Shown one piece after another: positions 48,371 through 60,665 of a stretch of 64,000 nt of DNA (position 1 is its first letter; every line of letters starts with the position of its first letter). Made by a program: the position numbers and the translations under genes. A model generated the notes under the pieces. It was not told where the DNA came from. It searched no databases and saw only the letters and a program-made list of their open reading frames with translations. The stretch comes from Mobula hypostoma. Its lineage: Eukaryota. The stretch is taken from NCBI RefSeq assembly GCF_963921235.1, contig NC_086108.1, positions 105,340,001 to 105,404,000 of the forward strand, given 5' to 3'.

Positions 48371-50639
48371 TGTGGATGTGTGACAAATAAAGCTAATCTT
48401 TATCGCTTATCTGTTCAATCATGAGGAAGTGTTTCAGCCTGAAACGGTGACCATTTATTCCTCTCCATGGAAGCTGCCTGACCTGCTGAGTTCCTCCAGA
48501 CTTTTGTCTGCATCACCTAAGAAAAATAATGCAAGCTCTTTAAAGAAAGAATGACTGATAAAAGAGACAAGAGTGACTAAAGACGGCAGAGTGAATGTAT
48601 TCCTTCCCCTGCCCCCATCTTCTGCCCCCTTCCTTTCCAGTCTTGATGAAGGGTCTCAGCCTGGCACGCCGATTATTTACTTCCCTCCACAGAAGCTGCT
48701 GACCCTGCTGAATTCACCTGGCAATTTTAGGTTTGGTTAGGTTCATTTAACATCGTAGAAAATATACAGTATACAGCCTGAAATTTGTATCCTTCACACA
48801 CATCCCCAAAACAAGAACCCCATAGAATGAATGATAGAAACATTGAAGTCCAGGTGTCCACCTCCCCCAACCTCACATAAGCAGCAGCAAAATTATCAAC
48901 CTCCCCCGCCTCCACTCATGCCAGCAGAGGCACTGACCCCCTCCACCATGCGAACAACAGCAAATGTCCCCCAAAGGGAACTTGACCTAAAGTCCCATGA
49001 AATCTAAAGTCCAAAACCCAGTAATATGGTATCTCAGACAGGCTCTCTCTCTCTCTCTCTCTCCCAGCGAGGGAGGGAGAGGCTGATCCTGGAACAATGA
49101 GAGCAAAGACCAGCAACTCGTTGTTCCGAAGTTGCAATCTTCTGCATTGCTTCTCCGTGGCCCCTATCTTGAGGACTGACAGGCTCTCATTCTCCGTCAC
49201 AAGAGAAAGGAAAAGCAAGAGAGAGGGATCGCTTGAGTACGGGGGCATTCCTTCGACAGTGGCCAGCCGTTAGCAAACACACCGTCTGCTGTGTCAGTGT
49301 TGTAGTCTCCCATGACGCTTCAGCTGGTGAAATCGGCGAGGAACCTGGTCATCCATGAGGGCATATGTCTTTCAGGCCAGTCCTGGAGGTACTGAAACAC
49401 TAGGCCGCACAGCTGGTCCAAAAACCCTCTGCTTGTGAAGAATCATAGTTTGAGCTATAGATCACAAACTCTGACAAATCCCCAACTGCCTTGAAAAGAA
49501 GGGGAAGACAGGAGAGAAGAAAAAGCTGTCTTTGTGTGTGTCACTTCAGAAAAATAAGCAACCTCATTACGAAAAGAACAACTGACAGAAAATGAAGTTA
49601 TTTTGATTGGCAGCTTCTCAACTCTCCTCAACACTACATCAAACTACCATTTAGCTAGTCAGCTGTATAATATTACCATACAAAATGAATGATGATTATT
49701 TCAGGGGTCCAGACACAATCTATTAATACAATAGAGGGATTGCTGTGTCAATGCATGGAGTTATTTTGTTTTCAACAGTTACCTGCAGCTAATGCTTTCA
49801 CCACATTGATCATCCCTTATGTACCTGGCGCCAGACTCCCATGAAACCTGGAATTAGAAATTTCCTTTCGCCGCTCTCTTTTAATGCTGACGTTTAATTG
49901 ATCCTGACTTGTGCTTGCTGGAGCTGGCATTTTAGTGAGGTGAAGAGTTTCGTACTATTCGTTCCTTCGCAGCTCTCAGCAGAAGGTTTCGCTAAAGCTC
50001 CACGAAGAGAGAATTATTCAGCTAAAACCTTTAATGGATTTGCAGTCCACAGGAAACAACAAACACCCAATCAATACTTCAGAAAATGAATGGACTTGTG
50101 GAGTTGGGGATTGAATAATAGACTGTCTCCTGATTTTGACTTTCCATACTTGGCCAAATTAATCAGAGATTAATTACAGCAGAGAGAGGCCATTCAGCCC
50201 ATTTATCCCATGCTGGCTCTTGATAAGAATAAGTCCATTGTATTTTCTACCTCTTTTCCAAAGCCCCCCATCACCCAGTTCAAGCTCTTTCCTTGCTGCT
50301 GCCTTCGGGAAGGAGATACAGGAGCCTTAGGTCCTGCACAAGTAGGTTCAGGAGCAGTTATTACATTCCGTCATCAGGCACCTGAACCAGTGTGGATAAC
50401 TTCACTCACCTCAAAAATGAACTGACTCTACAACCTTCAAGGACTCTACAACTCCTGTTCTCTGTATTTGTTTGTTTATTTGTTTGTTTATTGATCTATT
50501 GATTTATTTATTTTTTCCATAGTTTGCCTTGTTTGTCAGTCTTTACTTAAGTGTAGTTTTTTCATTGAATCTGTGGTATTTCTTTGTTTTAATGTGAATG
50601 CCTACACGAAATGAATCTCAAGATAGTACATGGCTCAAA

Positions 50640-51925
50640 AAGTTAAAAGTTCAAAGTAAATTTATATATGTTCAAAGTGCACATATATCACCATATTCAA
50701 CCCTGAAATTCATTTTCCTGGGGGCATGCTCGATAAATCCATAGAATAATAATCATAATGGAATTAATGAAAGACCGTACCAACTAGGATGTTGTAAAAG
50801 TCAACGGACTGTGTAGATACAAAAAGAAAGAAATAATAATAATAAATAAATAAACAGTAAATATTGAGAGTTTGAGATGAAGAATCCTTGAAAGTAAATC
50901 CATAGGCTATGGGAACATTTCAGTGATGGGTCTAGTGAGGTTGAGTAAAGTTATCTTCTATGGTTCAAAAGCCTGACGGTTGAAGGATAATAACTGTTCC
51001 TTAATCTGGTGGTATGGGTCCTGAGGCTCCTGTGCATTCTTCCTGATGGCAGCAGCAAAAAGGGAGCATGCCCTGGGTGCTGGGGGTCCCTGATGATGGA
51101 TTCTGTTTTCCTGCAACTGCATTTCGTGTAGATGTGTTCAGTGGTGGTGAGCGCTTTGCCCATGGTAGACTAAGCTGTAGTCACTACCTGTAGGATTTTC
51201 TGTTCAAGGGCATTGGTGTATCCATACCAGGCTGTGATGCAACCAGTCAATATACTCCCCACCATGTGTCTATAGAAGTTTATAGAAGTTTATTAAAGTT
51301 TTAGATGTTATGCCGAATCTTTGCAAACTTCTGAGGAAGTAGAGGTGCTGCTGTACTTTCTTTGTAATTGAGCTTCCATGCTGGGCCCAGGACAAGTCCT
51401 CCAAAATGATAACACTGAGGAATTTAAAATTTCTGACCTCCTCCGCCTCTGATCCTCTGATGAGGGCTTGGCTCACAGACCTTTGGTTTCCTTCTTCTGA
51501 AGCCAATGATCGGCTCCTTGGTTTTGCTGACATTGAGTGAGAGATTGTGGGCACGTGGCCAAGCGGTTAAGGCATTGGACTAGCAACCTGAAGGTCGTGA
51601 GTTCAAGCCCCAGCCGAGGCAATGTGTTGTGTCCTTGAGCAAGGCACTTAATCACACATTGCTTTGTGACGACACTGGTGCCAAGCTGTATGGGTCCTAA
51701 TGCCCTTCCCTTGGACAACATTGGGGAGACTTGCAGCATGGGCAACTGCTGGTCTTCCATACAACCTTGCCGAGGCCTGCGCCCTGGGGATCCATGGTCT
51801 TGCAAGACTAACGGATGCCCTTGAGTGAGAGATTACTGTTATGGCACCTCTCAACCAGATTTTGAATCTCCCTCCTATATGCTGATTCATCATTGCCTTT
51901 GATTCGGTCAATGACAGTGGTGTCG
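50640..51925 (-). mobile_element. Rex1/Babar relic with UTR, interrupted by a SINE
   Basis: FKFLSVIILEDLSWAQH...HLYFLRSLQRFG and SIIRDPQHPGHAPFLLLPSGR. Confidence 0.85.
51547..51820 (+). mobile_element. Complete tRNA-derived SINE
   Basis: A-box TGGCCAAGCGG, B-box AGTTCAAGCCC, CORE-like TGTGTCCTTGAGCAAGGCACTTAA, and perfect 14-bp TSD TTGAGTGAGAGATT (51533-51546 / 51821-51834). Confidence 0.9.
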
Positions 51926-52679
51926 CAGTGGTGACATATACATACATTAATAATAAATATACTTTGAAGTTTGAACTTTTTTTAACCCTTAGGTACTTGT
52001 ATTGCAGTTGTTTCAGTGATTGGTGAGACCATGTCTGAAGTGCCGTGTACAGCTTTGGTCACCTTGTGATGGGAAGGATGTGATTAAACTGAAATGAGTG
52101 CAAGAAAGGTTTATGAGGATTTCAGCAGGATTGGAAGATCTGAGTCATGGGGTAACCATGTCTTTATTCCTTGGAGTTTAAGGGAATGAAGTGTGACTTA
52201 TGTTTAAAATAATGAGAGGCATAACATTTTTATTGTAATTTATAGTATTTTTTATGCATTGTATTCTGCTGCTGATGCAAAATAACAAGTTTCACAACAC
52301 ATGTCACCGATACTAAACCTGATTCTAATTCTAATTCCAATTCCATTCCACTATCCCATTAATAAGTAAATACACAACTGCTGTGCGAGGAAGATTTTCT
52401 TCTTGTCCTCTTGGATCTTCAATCAATCGTAGCACATCTTTCCCCTTTTGCAATTGAAAGTCTGCCAATAGGAATAGTTTCTCCCTGGAGATGGCAGATA
52501 CTGGAATGCAGAATATTAAAAAAATAATACCGGAAGAACCCAACAGGTTGAGCAGTATCTGTGGGAGGAAATGAGTAGTCAACATTTTGGATTGAGACCC
52601 TTCAGCTAGGCTGAAAGACTGGAGGGCGAAGATGGCTTGTCGTAGAGTCATAGAGCACTACGGCACAGAAGCAGGCTCT

Positions 52680-53332
52680 TTGAGGGACCAGGGGGTCAGT
52701 GTGGACATGCTGGAGGATTACAAATACCTGGGGATACGAATTGATAATAAACTGGACTGGTCAAAGAACATTGAGGCTGTCTACAAGAAGGGTCAGAGCC
52801 ATCTCTATTTCCTGAGGAGAATGAGGTCCTTTAACATCTGCCAGACGATGCTGAGGATGTTCTACGAGTCTGTGGTGGCCAGTGCTATCATGTTTGCTGT
52901 TGTGTGCTGGGGCAGCAGGCTGAGGGTAGCAGACACCAACAGAATCAACAAACTCATTCATAAGGCCAGTGACGTTGTGGGGATGGAACTGGACTCTCTG
53001 ATGGTGGTGTCTGAAAAGAGGATGCTGTCTAAGTTGCATGCCATCTTGGACAATGTCTCCCATTCACTACATAATGTACTGGTTGGGCACAGGAGTACAT
53101 TCAGCCAGAGACTCATTCCACCGAGATGCAACACTGAGCGTCATAGGAAGTCATTCCTGCCTGTGGCCATCAAACTTTACAACTCCTCCCTTGGATGGTC
53201 AGACACCCTGAACCAATAAGCTGGTCCTGGACTTATTTTCTGGCATAATTTACATATTACTATTTAACTATTTATGGTGCAACTGTAATGAAAACCAATT
53301 TCCCTCGGGATTAATAAAGTATGACAATGACA
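52680..53332 (+). mobile_element. Rex1-like LINE 3' fragment (family B, young)
   Basis: Open ORF 52632-53219 (YKYLGIRIDNKLDWSKN..KKGQSHLYFLRRMRSF) and ATGACA tail. Confidence 0.9.
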
Positions 53333-53629
53333 ATTTTGCCCATCAGGTACATGTCGAACTGTTATTCTGTCTAGTCCCATCGACCCGCACCAGGACCATT
53401 GCCCTGGTATAAAGAGTTGCTCTCTGTTTACCGTTCTTCAACAAACCGGTCAGATCTCTTCTCACCACCTCTACTCAAAGAACAACCCCAAATTCCCAAA
53501 TTAACATGTTTCAAACTTCACTGCTAATAATGTTAAAGTGGCGAAATAGGTGACATGCAGGAAAATACCTGACCACATGAAATTTTAGTAGATATGTTAT
53601 AGTATCTCAGCTTAAGTCTTTTATCCCAG

Positions 53630-54450
53630 CACTTTGGGCCCCTTATCTAAGAAAGGTTGTGCTGACGTTAGAGAGGTCCAGAGGAGGTTCACAGGGTTGA
53701 TTCCAGTAGTGGAAGAGTTAACATATTAGGAGGAACATCTGTGACAGTGGGCCTGCACTCGCTGAAATTTAGAGGAATGAGGTGGGGGGGGGGTGGAATA
53801 TCATTTAAAATGATCGAATACTGAAAGACCAAGATAGAGTGGACATGGAGAGGATGTTTCCTGCAGTGGATCAGTTTTGGACCAGAGGCCGCAGCCTCAG
53901 AATTGAGGGATGTCCATTTGGAACAGAGATGAGGAGAAATTTATTAAGGGTCTGTGGAATCTGTGGAATTCTTTGCCTCAGGCGCCTGTGAAGGCCAAGT
54001 CATTGGGTATATTTAAAGGAGAGGTCAATAGGTTCTTGATTAGTCAGGGTATCAAAAATTGCAGAGAGAAAGCAGGAAAACGGGGTTGAGAGGGATAATA
54101 AGTTGGCCAAGATGGAAAGGTGGAACTGACTTAATGGGCCATATGGCCTAATTCTTCTCCTTTGTCTTATAGTCTTATGATCTAATTAAGAACTAGAGTG
54201 CACAGGTTTAAGGCAAGAGGGAGAGATTTAAAAGGAATTTGAGAGGGAACTTCTTTCATTCAGAGGGCGGTTATTATATGGACTAAGTTGCCTGATGAGG
54301 TGGTACATTAACCATATTTATAAGGTACTTGGACAAGGAAGAATTTCAAAGGATATGAGTCAATCATGGGGAAATGGACTAACTTAAATGGGAATCTAGG
54401 TTGGCATGGACCAGAAGGGCCAAAGGACCTCTTTTTGTGCTGTATGAGTC
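53630..54450 (+). mobile_element. Two degenerate CR1 3' ends in tandem
   Basis: Colinear with the CR1 C-terminus. CTTAT.GTCTTATG tail near 54170. Confidence 0.7.
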
Positions 54451-55814
54451 TGGGATTCCATGAAAGGTTCAGGTGATGGAAGCAAGGAGGAGGCTTGTGT
54501 AAAAGTATAAATGCCAGCAAGTTCACAATTTAAGATTTAGTATTGTTTAATGTCAGTTCCAGCACACAAGTGTAAAGGCTAACAAAATAACTCCAGCTCT
54601 GATGCTGCATAAAAAATCACCATAAATAACGGACACAAGAATAATTTTAAAAAAACACAATAAAGATTGATTGTATGTACATAAAGTGATGTTAGGTACA
54701 GGAGTGTCTGGACATTAGGTGACTGACAAGAAATGATGAAATAGGGGCGGTTATGGGTTTGTCGGTGGGGGTGTTGATCAGCCACATTGCTTAGGGGAAG
54801 TATCTGTTTTTGAATCTGGTCGTCCTGGTGTGGTTGCTACATAGCCTCAGCTCACCTCACACACAATATACTGAAGGCCTCAGCAGGCCAGGCAGCCTCT
54901 ATGGAAAAGAGTAAACAGTTGATGTTTTGGCCCAGAAACCTTAAATAGTATGGATGGGGATGTGGTGGGTGGGTTACTGGGTGGAGGTGCTGATCAACCT
55001 TACTGCTTTGGCAAAGTAACTGTCCTTAAGTCTGGTGGTCCCAGTGTGGATGCCACATAGCCTCCTCCCTGATGGGAGTGGGACAAACAGCCCATGAGCC
55101 GGGTGGGTCCTTCATTATATTACTGGCTCTTTTCAAGTTCAAGTTCAACTTTATTGTCATTCAACCAGACACATATATACAGCTAAGCAACACATCATTC
55201 CTCTGGGGCTAAGTGCGAGACACAGTAGATATTGTCACACTCCAGCGCAAGCAGTCACAAAATAATATTAACACAAGTCTCTGAGTGGCATGGAATGAAG
55301 ATCGACAGGTTGGCATAAAGTGTGAGGAGCATGTTTGTGTAAGACCGGATAATGTTACTGGCACTATTGTAATAAAACAAGCAGTTGTATAAATCTGTGA
55401 AATCTGTGCAATAAAAAATGAAAAGTGATCATTGTAAGTTGAAAGTAAATCGTGAGTTGGGAAGTAATGGAGGGGTGATGACAGGGCAGAGAATGGCCTG
55501 GTTCTGCACATCTATCCTGTGTAATCTGAGAATATATAAAGAGGACAAAGAATGAATTCTTTCTTTATCTGAAATGTAAGGCACATCCGCTGCAAAATGC
55601 AAAAACTACTTTATTTGTCATTAGGGAATTAATTATTTTTCTTCATAGTTTAAAATGCCTTTCTCGGAATGATTTATCACCAGGCAAAAAGGAGAAAATG
55701 GGAAAAAAATGTTTTTTTTAAAGCAAAGGACAAACAGCAAATTAGGGAATTGAATCCTTTGTGGACCATGTGATTGTACAAGGACGAGGAGGGTGGAAAC
55801 ACATTTGAATTGTG

Positions 55815-56317
55815 TACACTCAGCAGCAATCTGTACACCTGCTCATTAATTACAAATACCTAATCAGCCAATCATGTGGCAGCAACTTAATATATAAAAC
55901 ATGCGGACATGGTTAAGAGATTCAGTTGTTGTTCAAACTAAACATCACAATGGGGAAGAAATGTGATCTAAATGATTTTGATTGTGGACTTATCGTTGGC
56001 ACCAGATGGGCTGGTTTGAGTATCTCAGAAACAGCTGATCTGCTGGGATTTTCATGCATAATAGCATCTGGAGTTTACAGATATTGGTACAAAAAACAAA
56101 AAAAAAAGCATCCAGTGAGTGGCAGTTCCATGGGCAAAAATGTTTTGTTATTGTCAGGGTTCAGGGGAGAATGGCCAGACTGTTTCAAGATGGCAGTAAC
56201 TCTAATAAGAAAAGTGGTACAGAAGAGCATCTCTGAACTCACAATACATTAAATCTTGAAGTGGATTGGCTACATTAGCAAAAGACCAGAAACATACACT
56301 CAGTGATGACTTTATTA
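55815..56317 (+). mobile_element. Tc1-like transposon relic (transposase N-terminal HTH)
   Basis: MGKKCDLNDFDCGLIVGTRWAGLSISETADLLGFS...VYR in ORF 55926-56252, TACACTCAG termini. Confidence 0.85.
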
Positions 56318-56505
56318 CAGTGGTCCCCAACCTCTGGGCCGCGGATCGATACATTGCCGCGAAGCATTCAGGGGTGCAGCGGTGGCTGGAACGCACTCAG
56401 CACATCTTTAAGAAAAAAGCCAAAATAAACAAGCTAATTAATTAGGTGCCGCCCGCCACGTAAATTTCAGCCCAGATCAGAGGCGATTGCTGATTGTGGC
56501 CCCTG
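56318..56505. mobile_element. hAT/Charlie-like left end
   Basis: CAGTGGTCCCCAACC terminus, CpG-rich. No right TIR found. Confidence 0.45.
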
Positions 56506-57584
56506 AGTGTATGTCACGGAATACACTCACGGAAAAAGGCCAAAACAGGGGAGGCATGGCAGTATAAGTCACTAAAGTTCAAAACACACTTTGAACTTTG
56601 AATATTAAACTTTAGAGGTTAGCAGATCTGTTTACAGTGTCAGTTGTAAGATGGTGGTTTGATTCCTGTTGCTGCCTGTGAGCAGTTTGTATGTCCTCCC
56701 GGTGACTGTGTGGGTCACCTCTGGGTGCGCTGGTTCTCTGTCAGGAGGGAGGTACGGGAACCTGAAGGCACACATTCAACAATTCAGGAACAGCTTCTTC
56801 GCCTTTACCATCCAATTTCTGAATGGACTTTGAACTCATGAACTCTACCTCACTAAGCAGAACTCAGAGTCTTTTTCTCTATTATTAGGCATTGCATTGC
56901 ACTGCTGCTGCAAAGACAACAAATTTCACGACATATGTCAGTGACATTAAACTTGACTCTGATTCTGATCTTCTTCCACATTCCCAAGACGTACAGGCTA
57001 GGACATGCCATGCTGGCACCAGAATTGTGTCCTAGCACAGTTCTTGCTAATTTGATTTGACACAAAACAATGCATTTCACTGTGTGTTTTGATGTTTGTG
57101 GGACAAACAGATTTAAAGCTAATCTCTCTTGCTGCTGCTTAACCTGCTGAGTTCCTCCAGCATTTTGTGCATATTACTTTGCCTTTCCAGCATCTGCAGA
57201 ATCTCTTGTGTTAATCGCGCTTAACTTGAAACTTTCTCAGGATGTTTTTTTGAAAAACCAAAATAAGTACGTTGTTGGGCCATACTCTGTCAACCTGATT
57301 TGTAACGTTCATCCAAAGGATGTTGTCAGACCGGATCTTCCACTACGTACATTCAGACCACCTGTTTTTCATTAATGTTATTGCCTGAGTAAAGACTCTT
57401 GCCCTTGTGTAACTACAGACACCATGTGTAACTGCCTCCAGCTCTGTGAAACCATGCTGGTATCCAATAATTTACTCTGGATGTTCTTCAGATTTAATAA
57501 ATCTCCATCCTTGTTTCATTGGGTAACTCACACCTAACCAGAATGCCCAACAGTAAAGTTAAATTCAGAAATCAAAAGTCAAAG

Positions 57585-58328
57585 GGCGCTAAAGTAGCGT
57601 AGCGGTTGGCATGACACTATTACGGCTTGGGGCATTCCAGAGTTCAGAGTTCAATTCTGCCACTCTCCGTAAGGAGCTTTGTTCCAGGTTTCCTCCAGGT
57701 GCCCTGGTTTCCTCCCACAGTCCAATGATGTACTGATTGGGAGGCTAATTTGCCATTGTAAATTGTCCTGTATTAGACTGGGGTTAAATGTTACCTGGGT
57801 TTCATCTCCGAAGTTATAGAGAAAGGTTGAACAAATTGGGTCTTTATTCTTTGGAGCGTAGAAGGTTGAGGGGGGACTTGATGGAGGTGTTTAAAATTAT
57901 GAGGGGGATAGATAGAGTTGACGTGGATAGGCTTTTTCCATTGAGAGTGGGGGAGATTCAAACAAGAGGACATGAGTTGAGAGTTAAAGGAGAAAAGTTC
58001 AGGGGTAACATGAGGGGGAACTTCTTTACTCAGAGAGTGGTGGCTGTGTGGAACGAGCTTCCAGCAGAAGTGGTTGAGACAGGTTCGATGTTGTCATTTA
58101 AAGTTAAATTGGACAGATATATGGACAGGAAAGGAATGGAGGGTTATGGGCTGAGTGCAGGTCAGTGGGACTAGGTGAGAGTAAGAGTTCGGCACGGACT
58201 AGAAAGGCCGAGATGGCCTGTTTCCGTGCTGTAATTGTTATATGGTTATATGGTTAAATGGGTGGGTTTTTGGGTGGTGCAGCTCGTTTGGCCATGCAGC
58301 ATCTCTAAATAAAAATAAAAAAATAAAG
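57585..58328 (+). mobile_element. V-SINE split by a CR1 insertion
   Basis: Head and V-domain at 57585-57790, remainder and A-rich tail at 58252-58328. Confidence 0.75.
57791..58251 (+). mobile_element. CR1 3' fragment (same subfamily as 47376-48026)
   Basis: ORF 57788-58174, (GTTATATG)n tail, 9-bp TSD GGTTAAATG (57782-57790 / 58252-58260). Confidence 0.95.
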
Positions 58329-59287
58329 TTCAAGTTTAATGTCAGATGCACAAGCACATGTATGCACATAGGTAACGAAAATCTTAATGGCAGCAGCATT
58401 TCAGGCCCAAATGATCAGATAAGCAGAATTCACAAGGAAAACATACATTAAACCTAAAATGAACACACATTTTACAAGAAAGAGCACAACTGGTACTAAA
58501 AGTAGTACACTGTGATGCAAAGAGTTTGAAATATTTACAATGATTTGGGTTTGCAGGTTGGTTGAAGAATTGATCATTTGAAGGAAGGAACTCAGAATCA
58601 GAATCGGGTTTACTATCACTGACATACTGTGTGTTGTGATATTTGTTGCTTTATGGCTGCATTAAAGTGCAATACATAAATTTACTATGATTACAATAAG
58701 AATGTAAAAAAAGGTAAATATTGCATGAAGAGAGCTACCATTCATGAGTTTATGGACCATTCAAAAATCTGATGGCAGACGGGAAGAAACTGTTCCCAAA
58801 GAGTTGAGTGTGCACCTTCAGGCTGCTGTACCTCCTCCCTGACGGTAGTGATGAGAAGAGTGTCCTCATGATAGATGGATGCTGCCATCTTGAGGCATCT
58901 CCTTTTGAAGATGTCCTCATGGTGGGGAGGCTAGTCTACATGATTCTGTTCTTGAAGCTGGTGGTGTGAGTGTTCAAGCCTCTGTTTCTCTTGCCGACTG
59001 TAGGTGCAATAAGATGACATCACCCAGATGGTGGAGATCTGTGATAATAGATATCACGATAGAATTAATTCAAAAATATTTATTTTGGTAACACTACCTC
59101 ATGGATTTAACTTCAGAGTGGCCCAAAGACAGAACTGTGACCCCACAACTTTGTAGGCCCAGGTTTGATCCTGACCTCTGGTGCTCTCTATGTGGTGTTT
59201 GCATGTTCTCCCTGTGAACATATGGGCTTCCTTCAGGTGCTTCAGTTTCCTTCCAATTCCAATGGTGTGCAGTTTGGTAGATTAATC

Positions 59288-59875
59288 AATCATCATCAAA
59301 TTCCTGTTACACCACTGGCGTTCGGGGCAGCAATGAAGGTTTTGTGTCTGACCTTGGCCCTCTTCTCTATTGTGCCCCAAGTGTGGCTCAGTGTTCTCAT
59401 TTCTGCTTCAACAGTATGGTGCCAAGTTGTCTTTGGTTTTCTCTGCCCTTCAGGGATCCAATGAATTGCTGTTTTGATGATGAAGTCGGCCTCTCTTCTC
59501 ATCACGTGCCCAACCCATCTCCAACATTTTCTCTTCATGATATGACCATGTCCTCTTGGTGACATTGAGGGAGTAGGGAATGTTTGGAGATCTTTCATGG
59601 CCAGAAGTTCTGGAGGACTTTCCGGAGACTCATGGTGTGGAATGACAACAGCTTGGCAAGGTCGTTCTCTATCATGTGCCCATATTCTGACTCATACAAG
59701 AGTGTGGACAGAACGCAGCTGGGGTGCAGCTTCACCTTCGTGTGGATGTTGATCTCCATATGTTGTCCATTGATCTGAAGACGTTTCTAGCTTTGCTGAG
59801 TGTGCGCTGGATGTTGTCCTTTGTCCCACCATCCTGACGAATGCTGCCCAGGTAGGTGAATCTGCCGGTGCTGGA
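59288..59875 (-). mobile_element. RTE-clade LINE 3' relic inside a V-SINE
   Basis: FTYLGSI..DGGT..NIQR.LSKARNVF and WRWVGHVMRR...W.PEG.RKPKTTW, (TGA)n tail. Confidence 0.88.
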
Positions 59876-60373
59876 TGAGTCGAAGCCATAAACATTGACG
59901 GGAGGTAAATAGTCCATTGCAAGTTGGTCCTTGTGTGTAGCTCAGTGATAGAAGAATTAGTATGCAAACCATAGATAAATCAATTGTCAAAATATATCAC
60001 AGAAAGAAGGCTAATTAGTCGATCATCCATACTACCCACACTGCTTCAGGAAAGCAGCCTACATAGTCAAGAACCACTCCAGCTCCTGTCATTCTCTCCA
60101 CTCTCCTCCCTCACTGGATAGAAGATACTTAACAACATGGACAACATGGCTCAAAGACAGCTTCTACACCTCTGTTATCAGATTCTTGAAAGGACCTCTC
60201 ACAGGCTAAAAAATAAGCTCATGATCTCAGAACATGTGACAATAATGAACCCATTACCATTATCCCAAAAGGAGTCCTCCCAGCTAAATCCTTAAATTAC
60301 CAATTATCCCAAAAGGAGTCTTCTCAGCTAGTACCTAACACAACTTGTGAAAAGCCAGGTGTAGACTATGGCT

Positions 60374-60665
60374 GGGTGGCACAGTGCTGCAGTGGCTAGC
60401 ACAACGCTTGACACCACAGGTGACCCGGGTTCAATTCCTGCCGCTGCCTGCATACGTTCTCCCCGTGACCGCATGAGTTTTCTCCAGGTGCTTCAGTTTC
60501 CTCCAACAGTCCAAAGACCTACCATTTAGTAGGTTAATTGGTCATTGTAAATTGTTTAGGTTAGAATTCAACTTGGGGTTTGCTGGCCAGCATTGCTCAA
60601 AGGGCCAGAAGGGTCTATTCCATGTAATTTCTTAATAGAATAATAAAATAAAATAAAATAAAATT
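60374..60665 (+). mobile_element. V-SINE / HE1-like SINE
   Basis: GGTTCAATTCC B-box, V-domain, (TAAAA)n tail. Confidence 0.8.

Noticed and set aside
51547..51620. tRNA gene
   Set aside because: No closed acceptor stem or Pol III terminator. It continues into a SINE body and is flanked by a 14-bp TSD.
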